Assembly (NCBI GenBank): GCA_964016885.1
Contig: OZ024744.1
Location: 57,784,001-57,848,000, forward strand
Direction: 5' to 3'
Source of the DNA: Eledone cirrhosa
Lineage: Eukaryota
Length of the DNA stretch: 64,000 nucleotides
Part shown: positions 54,420-64,000 of the stretch, piece after piece
Numbering within the stretch: the stretch's first letter is position 1
How the letters are laid out: the number at the start of each line of letters is the position of its first letter
The notes under the pieces: model-generated
Told to the model about the DNA's origin: nothing
Databases searched by the model: none
Seen by the model: the letters and a program-made list of their open reading frames with translations, nothing else
Translations under genes and position numbers: made by a program

Positions 54420-57400
54420 TTATTGTTCATTTAGCTTGGGTTTGAATTTATTAATAAAATTCTTTTCTTTGATTTTTCTCTTGATTTCACTTGGGCTGTG
54501 TAATTTGTAGAATGGGAATATTATAAATATTCCCTGACCACATGTTGCCAGGTGGCCGCTTAGGGGTATCTGACGGACATTTGGGTCTCTGATTTGTTGA
54601 CGGTGTACCCGTGCACGTTCCGATAGTGCATTTCCAGTTTGACCGACATATAGTTCTTCACAATTCGGGCATTTAATGCAGTAAATTAGATTTCTGCTTT
54701 TGCAGTTCATATTTGCATTTGGGAGTATTTTTCCAGTTTTTGTTTTCATATATTGACCGGCGTGTATGGATTGACATGTGCCGCATCGACTATCATTGCA
54801 TTTAGATACAGTGAATGATTGGTCTTTGTTGTTAAGGTCAAAACTTTGCTTTTGTTAGTAATTGCTTCAAATTTTTTGGCTGTCTTTTACTAAGAGTCAA
54901 AGATCGATCTGTGATTAAGCCTTTTAATTCATTACTTTGAGCAATGATCGGTAGGTTTGCTTTGGCAGTGTTGAAGATATTCTGGTGACATGGGTTGTGT
55001 GTCATTATAAATGGTATGACCAGTTCTTGGTTTCTTCTTCCTTGGGTTGTTCTAAGTTGTTGTATAGGTATTTTTATAGCCCGCTATATGCCATTTTCTA
55101 TAAGTAGAGATATGTATTTTTGTTTGAGCAAAAATTCTCTTTGTTCTGTTAGGCGTTTGTATCTTCTACAATGGTACAAATTCTTCTGGCTAGGCAGTAT
55201 GGGATGTTGCGTTTTGTATGAGGTGGATGGTACGACTTAAAATTCAGATATTGATGGGTGTCTGTGTGTTTATAATATATATCCGTGGTAATGGTGGTGT
55301 CGTTTTTGATTATCATTATATCTAGGAATGGTAATTTGGTCCTACTCATCTCTTTTGTGAATTGGAGAGATGGGTCTAAGTTATTCAGGAGGATATTGAA
55401 CTCATCCAGAGTATCTAGAGATTCTGTCCAGATGATGAAACAGTCGTCAAGGTATCTCTTCCAAGATTTTTCAATGTACTTTCTAAAGTCAGTACTATAT
55501 TTTTCCTCTATTTCTTGGTAGAGTTGTTGTTCTAAGTATCCCATTACAGAGTTCGTGTAAACGGGAGCAAACTTCGTTCCCATCGCTGTGCCTCTAATTT
55601 GGATGTAATTCTTTCCATTGAAGAAGAAAGTGTTGTTTTCCAGAATAAGTTTAACTGCGTCTAATATAAATGGCGCTGTGAATCTAATGGGAATCACTTC
55701 ACTATGTTTTTCCACCCAGTATTTAACCGCCTTTATTCCTAAATCATGTGTAATGTTGGTGTAAAGGCTTACCACATCAAAACTGAGTAGAAGTGAATTC
55801 GTTTCCGCGATTTTGGGAAGATGGGACAGGAAGTCGATATCATCCCGGATGAAACTGGGTATATGAATACATAGTGGTTTCAAAATAATGTCAACAAAAT
55901 TGCTTAGACGGTGAGTGGGGCATGTTGGACCAGCTATAATAGGTCTAAGTTTTAAGTCTTTTGGGTGTAATAATTTAATGTACTCACTGTTTTGTTCTCT
56001 TACTGCCAGCTGTATTTCTTTTGACTTGTGAACTTTCGGTAGGCCATACAGGTTGCTGGGTTTCGGCTCAAAATTGGTGATGTAGTCTCTTTCCTTATCA
56101 GTAAATGAGTTGTGGTATTTTGAAGCCAGGTTGTTGATCTTCTTCATGATGTTGTGGTCTATATTTGACGGTATTTCGTGATAGAATGTTGTGTCTTTCA
56201 GTTGTTCCTCAACCAAATCCTTGTAGTATTCAGTATCCATTATAACAACTGCACCCCCTTTATCTGCTTGTTTAATTATTATTGTTTTATCATTTTGTAT
56301 ACGTTTAAGTGCAGACATTTCTGATTTGTTAATGTTTGGCCTAACATTAGTATTATGTCTAAGAGGAAATGTAGACAGGATGTCAATGTATTGGTCGAGA
56401 TAAATATTTCTTCCTTTTGGCGGAGTGAAATTTGATTTATTCTTTACTAGTGATTCATCACTCTCATTATTTTTATCAGCGAAGAATTCTACAAGACGTA
56501 ATTTTCGACAGAATTCTTGGGTATCCTCCTTCAGTTCTTGGTGGTTGACTGTTGGAGTCGGTGTGAATTTCAGTCCTTTTGACAGAATTTGCATTTCATC
56601 ATTGTCAAGATCTCTTTTAGATAAATTAATTATTTTAGGATCTACGTGTACAGCTGTTTTGGGTATGTTTCCTCCTGGAGTTTTTCTTTTTCCGGTTTTT
56701 GTTGTCCTGACGTTAAAAAATGGATTTTTCTCTGTTCAGGATTTATATTCCTGTTGGTGTTCGCTTGATGAACTTTTGGTCGTGATATTATATTTGGTTT
56801 CGTTATGTATTTTGTCGTATTTTTGGTATTCTGTATATTATTTTTCTTCCTGTTAGCATTATTTTTAACAATCTGGGAAAATGACCTAGGTTTGCTTTCA
56901 GGTTTAGATCGTTTTTTCGTCCAGTTTCTTGTGGGCAATCTCTGTTGAGATCTTGAGAGTGATCTGGTTATTCTACGTTTTGTTTCCACATTCCTTGTTG
57001 GTAGTCTCTGTTGAGATCTTGAGAATGATCTCCTGGTTTTACTACTTCTCATGGTCTGGTCAAAGGAATATCTATCGTGTTTGTGCTTTTCGTTCATGTT
57101 GTGTGCGATAGGGTGTTTTTGTAGAAAAAGCGAAGAGTTATTACCGTAGTTCTTCTTTGATTCAAGGTAAGGTGAGTGTTTGTGTTGGCACGTGTTCTGG
57201 CGTATGTTGTGTTGATGAGATTGTCCACTTTTAATGCTTTTTCTCAGGGTTCCAGAGTCTTTACCGTAATTTGCCGCATATTCATCGAGAAATAATTGTT
57301 TCTGCTGCCATACCTTTCTTGATTTGTTTTCTTCTTTTGAGATATCTCCGATCCATAGTTCTCGTAGTTTTTCAGCTATAATACCAGTCGTTAGCTTTGA

Positions 57401-57430
57401 AATTTCAACTTCAATTTGGTCATCAATAGC

Positions 57431-57433
<3 letters not shown>
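54420..57433 (-). pseudogene. PLE polyprotein (basic N-terminus, RT, GIY-YIG endonuclease) with frameshifts
   Basis: LSKGLKF, IKQADKGGAVV, YGLPKVHK, LRPII, FDVVSLYTNI, GTAMG, WKRYLDD, PFLD (55149-56594); LIYCIKC...YVGQTG...R...H...E...LN (54420-54749). Confidence 0.93.
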
Positions 57434-57488
<55 letters not shown>

Positions 57489-57528
57489 TATATATATATA
57501 TATATACGTATATATATATATATATACG

Positions 57529-57617
<89 letters not shown>

Positions 57618-57641
57618 GTATATATATATATATGTATATAC

Positions 57642-57730
<89 letters not shown>

Positions 57731-57740
57731 TATACATACA

Positions 57741-57771
<31 letters not shown>

Positions 57772-57795
57772 TATATATATATATATATATATATC
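57434..57795. repeat. (TA)n array
   Basis: Directly visible. Confidence 0.98.
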
Positions 57796-57802
57796 ATTAT
57801 CT

Positions 57803-57965
57803 AGTTGAATTGGCAGTATCGGTAGAGGGTTGGACGCCATGCTTTCTAGCATAGTTACGTCCCTTTACGGTCTGAGTTCAAATCCCGTCGAGGTTAACTT
57901 ACCCTTTCATCCTTATGGGTTCGATAAAATAAAAAGTACCAGTAATGTACCAGTAGAAACAATTA
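57803..57965 (+). mobile_element. SINE (ATT-tailed family)
   Basis: ttggcagtatcggtagag...gagttcaaatccc...ctttcatcc...agtaccag. Confidence 0.88.
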
Positions 57966-58889
57966 TCTATAAAAGGCAGATTGTTGTGTGCGTGTGCATG
58001 TTCCATGTTTATAGATTTGCAAAATTTGAAACCGATTCGACTCAAAGTCTGTAAGAATGTTGTAAACGGTGTGACTTAGGTCAACGACTATTTACTTCTT
58101 TGAAACTCACCCACAATTACGGAAATAATCGATAAAACTAAATACACGATGATTTACCTCTCTCTACTCTACTTAAAATTCGATAAAACTACATACATGC
58201 TGCAACTTTCTCTTATATACGCTTAAACTAACAAACTTCCTTTAGGAACGTCGAAGAAAGAAGAGAGAGAAGAGAGTGAGAGAGAGAGAGAGAGAGAGAA
58301 CGTTTATTTTTGAGTCGAAACAACAATTATACAAAAGCAACAGATAAATTTATTCAACAACAAAAAAAAATAACGATAAATCTTTTTAAAAACATCTCTC
58401 AACGAACTTGGAAGAAAGAAGTATCAGTTTATTTACTATACACAATAATATCCTCTATGAGGTCACTAAACCTGCTAGAAACAACAGCTAACTCTCCCCC
58501 ATATCACACCCCTCCCTACTGTCTTAAATTTAGAAAACACACATTAGACAACCATGCAGAACAACTCCAGCGCAGTTCTGTTGTTCGGCTGGCATTGTCT
58601 ACGCGCGTGTTGCCCAAGTACTGTGAAACAATAAATTTCAACACTTCTTTGCACAGAGATAATATCCATAGGCGAAACTACAATTGTCACTGCTGGTACA
58701 GCACCTGCTTCGGCAGTCCAGGTCTGATTAAACGGGATTTACTAACCAGATTCTTGCAAACTTGTGGAGTTACCCCTAACTGTACGTTGGAAACCATCCA
58801 AGAAACTGGCTATCTTAACCACGAACTGGATTACAATAAGCAATTTTCTGCTTTTCTAACTATATATATATATATATATAATACTAATT

Positions 58890-59620
58890 AGAGAAAGGGT
58901 CAAACTAGATGAGATGCAGTTTGGTTTTTTGCCTGGGAAAAGTACAACATATGCCCTCTTCTTGGTGAGACAATTACAAGAGAGGTTCTTAGAGAAGAAG
59001 AAGCCACTATACTTAGCTTTCGTCTGGTGGTCATCTGGTGGTCCCTAAAGAAACTAGGTGTTGACGAATGGCTTGTGAGAACAGTGCAAACTTTGTACAG
59101 AGGTGCTGTCAGTAAAGTGAGGGTAGGAATGGAGTTTAGTGAGGAATTCCAGATACAAGTAGGAGTACATCAGGGTTCGGTCCTCAGCCCGCTCTTGTTC
59201 ATTATAGTCTTCCAAGCCATACAGAGGAGTTTAAAACTGGCTGCCCATGGGAACTTCTCTATGCTGACGATCTGGTTCTTATAGCAGAATCAGTAAAGCA
59301 GCTAGAGAATAAATTCTGGCTATGGAAACAGCAGTTGGAATCAAGAGGAATGAGAGTGAACCTAGATAAGACAAAAGTGTTGATGAGTAGAAAAGAGGAC
59401 AAAACTCTGATTCTATCAGGGAAATGGCCATGTTCGATATGCAGAAAAGGAACTGGCATAAATTCTATAAAATGTACACAATGCAGATCTTGGGTACACA
59501 AGAGGTGTAGTGGGATACCAGGAAAACTAACAGGTAGGGAGAAATACGTATGCAGATGTACATGGAAATTAGACAGTAGAAGTCGCATTGATAAACACAT
59601 TTTTCAAATCCAGGTGGGTT
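58890..59620 (+). mobile_element. RTE RT fragment
   Basis: LDEMQFGF, GVHQGSVLSPLLF, LLYADDL, KWPCSICRKG. Confidence 0.85.
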
Positions 59621-59668
59621 AGTCAGGTCTTAGATATGATAGTGTTGATGGTATCAGAGCCTTGGGAC

Positions 59669-59783
<115 letters not shown>

Positions 59784-60292
59784 CACACACAATTAAATTA
59801 GATTAGTACAAAGATTGCATAATGTGAATACATGTGTTTCGTTTATTGTTTTAGATAATGGCAACTTTTCAATTTAACATATTATGATTGTGGGGCTAGG
59901 GTGCCGAAAAGGGTGAGAGAAGAGCAGGGGAGGTCTTGCCAGAAGCGAGGGACCAGTAACGTTACATCAGGGTTCGTGCACCTGTCATTTCCTCTTTTGT
60001 GAGAAAGCGGTTTGGTGCAGACATGGTTTGATAGTGTTTGAGAGACGCTATGTATTTTCTCAGTCAGACATAAGTCACATGGACATAGGCACAGTGATAT
60101 TCAGTTCAGATTTAAGTGGAAACACAAGGTAGGTGCATTCGCTTCCTCACCACAATGATGGTGAATTAAAAAGTTGGCATTATGTAATACACTAATGAAA
60201 CATGTGTCTTTACTTTATGCAATTGTAGTAGTAATCTGTGACCTATTCGATATTTTTTACCAAGTTTTTACTACAATATATAGATACATATT

Positions 60293-60382
<90 letters not shown>

Positions 60383-60398
60383 GAGAGAGAGTGAGAGG

Positions 60399-60452
<54 letters not shown>

Positions 60453-60701
60453 GGTGGCAAAAACCAGCTAGACTCACCAGAGTACTCGATACTAGGGTAG
60501 TAGAGTGGGTAATATGAAAAGATTCAGGATCCCGACGGCTGAGCTCCAGCCTTTGTGACAGCCATTTTGAAGAAAGTTGGTTGATTAAAAATCTGTCGAC
60601 TTTTTCTTAACAGATGTAAAGTACTCGACGATTATTGTTCATCTGGAGTTTTATTATAATAATAAACAAGAAAGACGGTTTCATTTGTACATCTCTATTT
60701 A

Positions 60702-60773
60702 TTTTGTTATACGTATTTCAAAGACGTATGGTAGTTGTATAACAGCTGCCCAACGTGTTCTCTTCCGACAAAA
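60702..60773 (-). ncRNA. Type I hammerhead candidate with a U4G core change, near a TA array
   Basis: The minus strand reads ttttgt-CGGAAGA-gaacacgt...acgtcttt-GAAA-U-acgt-A-UA^acaaaa. Stem I is 6 bp, stem II is long and stem III is the palindrome atacgtat. Confidence 0.65.
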
Positions 60774-60826
60774 ATCCAAATAAGATGTTAATATCCATTG
60801 ATATGTTACTTGTCATACTGTATGTG

Positions 60827-60919
<93 letters not shown>

Positions 60920-60920
<1 letters not shown>

Positions 60921-61611
60921 TAGCTAAACTATCCGTCCTTAGGACGGTTCAAGTAGCTTTCGATGTAGCTCATTAAACTAAACAAAGTACATTTGAATAC
61001 ATAGAAGAAAAACGTACTTTATGCAAACATGAAAACCTTAGGCACTATTCCAGGGAAATAATTAATATGTGAGCTCGGTGTCTTTTTTGACAACAGTAAA
61101 AGCGCATCACGAAATAGAGAAGTGAAGTGAATAATAGACACTATTATGTACAAAGCATAATATTGTATGTATGAGCATCAAGCTTGAAACGATAAATTAT
61201 ACAATGCCAAATCTATAACTTAACTTAGTAATCTGTTAGAAATTGCTGGTTGTGAAATATACAAAATGATATTGTTAGTCTCAAGGAAGCGTACCTTTTG
61301 TTTCAAGTACAAAGAGTAAATTTAAATCCAAATGAGCCGAATTACGAAAGATAACTCTTGTCTTTCTTAAAGATAACTCTTGTCTTACTTAATCACGAAA
61401 ATTCACACAAATAACCAAAAGGTTTTTAATGTCTCCAAAAGCCCCAATATCGATTTTTGAAAGCCTTTGTAGATCATGTACAGGTTTTGTGCAAGGAGAA
61501 GCTCTGTAAAAAATTTCCAAGAAATCACATGAATGGTTTAGAATATATGATCCCCCATTAAAAATTGTCCACACACGCATACAGAAAACTTCGTCTTTAT
61601 ATATATACAGA
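60920..61611 (-). mobile_element. Non-autonomous Helitron
   Basis: The minus strand starts A|TC (61611) and ends CTAG|T (60920), with the GC hairpin ccgtcc-taa-ggacgg 9 nt before CTAG. It is inserted in TA sequence with no TSD. Confidence 0.85.
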
Positions 61612-62000
61612 TATATATAATGTTTATAGTTAAACAGGGTTATAGGGGAAAATATTCACGATGCCCCATTAGTCTCATTACCCACTCAATGAGACGAGAT
61701 TTCATTACTCACTCAATGAGACAAGATTTCATTACTCACTCAATGATACAAGATTTAAACATATTAAACATGTAAATATATACTCAGAGTGCTTACCAAA
61801 GGTTATTTGTAATGAGTGTGATTGCACATTTTCTCGGACAATGGTTTCCATGATATAGTCTGATAAAGTAAGTATGTTGTAGTGCACCTGAGCACTGTAC
61901 ACAATAATTTTCATTATATTATATTTGAAACTTGTTTCTCAATAGCTACATGGTATAAAAACTACAGACCATCAACTGGGGCTCTCAGCACTTTAGTAGG

Positions 62001-64000
62001 TTGCCATATCCCATCTTAGGAGCGGATTTCCTCCACAACTTCTCTTTAACTGTGGACGTCCGTGGCCAACGCCTGGTGGATAACATCACCGGCTTTTCAA
62101 TTCATGGCCAGGAAGCCAATGCCCCAATAGTCAGCCCCATGTTCTTTATCACTGCCGCTGGAGACGCCTACCATGCGTTACTGGGTTCTTTCCCGGAGCT
62201 CACCGATGGAAATTTTCGAGTCACTGACCCAACACACTCGACCGAACATTTCGTTTCCACCACCGGTGCCCCAGTGTTTTCGCGTCCACGCCGCTTACCG
62301 ACGGAAAAATTAAAGGCAGCACGGTCCGAGTTCGACCATATGCTGCAGCTGGGCATTATTCGCCCATCTACGAGTCCTTGGGCTTCACCGTTACACATGG
62401 TGCCCAAGACTTCCGGCGACTGGAGAACCACTGGGGATTATAGGAGGTTAAATGCCATGACCGTCCCGGATAGGTATCCCATTCCCCATCTCCACGATTT
62501 TGCATCTTCACTGCAGGGGTGTAAGATTTTTTCTAAGTTAGATTTAGTGCGAGCCTACCACCAAATTCCGGTCAGGAAGGAGGATATTCCGAAAACGGCG
62601 ATTACAACCCCTTTCGGATCATTCGAATTTTTTACCATGCCTTTCGGACTCAGAAACGCCGCTAGCACTTTTCAGCGGTTCATAGACGAGATTCACGCGT
62701 GGTCTGGACTTCGTTTATGCTTACATAGACGATATTCTCGTCGCTAGTTCCTCTCCGGAAGAGCATATGCGCCACATGCTTCTCTTATTTCAGCGACTTC
62801 AGGATTACCGCGTTCGTGTGAATCCTACAAAGTGTGTTTTCGGTTCCACTTCCCTACATTTTTTAGGCCACCTCATCGACGCCGAAGGTATTAGGCCGGT
62901 CCCTCAGCGAGTTCAAGCCATACAGGAGTTACCTCCGCCTACTACACTTCACCAGTTGCGTCACTTCTTAGGCCTAATCAATTTCTATAGGCGTTTCATT
63001 CCTCATTGTGCTAATTGGCTATCTTCCCTTACTGACATTTTAAAAAATCGTCGTAAGAAGAATGAAGACATTTCCTTGACACAAGGACAGCTTCAGGACT
63101 TCCAGACTGCCAAGACAGCACTCGCTAGTTCATCTTTGCTAGCCCACCCGGTACCAGAGGCCAAGCTTTCGCTTTGTGTTGATGCATCTGATACCGCTGT
63201 AGGAGCAGTTTTACAGCAGTCTTACGCTGAAAAACAACAACCTTTGGCATTTTTCTCGAGGAAGTTGAAACCAGCAGAAACGCGTTATAGCACGTTTGGG
63301 CGGGAATTATTAGCCATATATCTGTCGGTTAAACATTTCTCTCATATTCTTGAGGGGAGAAATTTTACGGTTTTTACCGACCACAAGCCGTTGACCTTCG
63401 CTTTGAGGGCCAAAGCCGACAGATATTCGCCCAGAGAGACAAGGCACCTGGACTACGTTTCACAATTTACAAACGATATCCAGCACATTGCCGGCTCGCA
63501 TAACATAGTTGCAGACGCATTATCACGTTTGCCAATTAGCTCCATCTCGTCATCCCAGGAGATCGACTTAGGTCGTTTAGCTGCAGACCAACCTGCACTC
63601 CAATCGTTGGACACTCTTTCTACTGAATTTGCGACTTGCATTTTCAAATATCTGCCCTTGTCCACCACCGACAAGCAGATTCTATGTGATGTATCTACTG
63701 ATGCACCACGACCATTTGTTCCTGAGACTCACCGTCGAATTGTGTTCCTGGCTTTGCACAACATTTCTCATCCAGGATCTGCTGCCACAGTTAAACTCAG
63801 TTATACAGCCAGATTCTTCTGGCCAAATATGAGGCGCGACATTGCTGCTTAGTGCCGTTCCTGTATCGCTTGCCAGAAATCGAAGATCCATAGACACATC
63901 GGGACTCCACTTGGTACTTTCAGTACTCCAGATGCTCGGTTCCAACACATCCACATTGACATCGTTGGACCTTGGCCATTCAGCAGTGGATATTCTTACA
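62001..64000 (+). mobile_element. Ty3/Gypsy LTR retrotransposon pol (protease end, RT, RNase H, integrase start); frameshift near 62690, stop at 63850; runs off the window
   Basis: [82 protein letters not shown] and HIDIVGP. Confidence 0.95.

Overview
This is a repeat-saturated animal genomic window with one 200-N assembly gap and no confidently identifiable host gene. The SINE and microsatellite style suggests a cephalopod such as Octopus (inference). Almost all coding potential is transposon-derived: R4/Dong-like RLE non-LTR elements in (TAA)n, several Tx1/L1-like LINEs, RTE LINEs with a partner SINE, a Vingi-like fragment, Penelope-like elements (PLEs), two Gypsy remnants, a full-length hAT element with an 8-bp TSD, a pogo/Tc2 deletion derivative and a non-autonomous Helitron. 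The main non-obvious signal is about 10-12 type I hammerhead ribozyme (HHR) motifs from several unrelated sequence families. One lies in the 3' end of a PLE; most of the others lie in short non-coding cassettes in or beside (TA)n arrays, often with inverted terminal duplications. One dispersed copy of the PLE end starts 1 nt after the predicted HHR cleavage site. Together this suggests a (TA)n-associated PLE/retrozyme-like system. Structures were folded by eye, family names come from recalled motifs, and many element boundaries are approximate.
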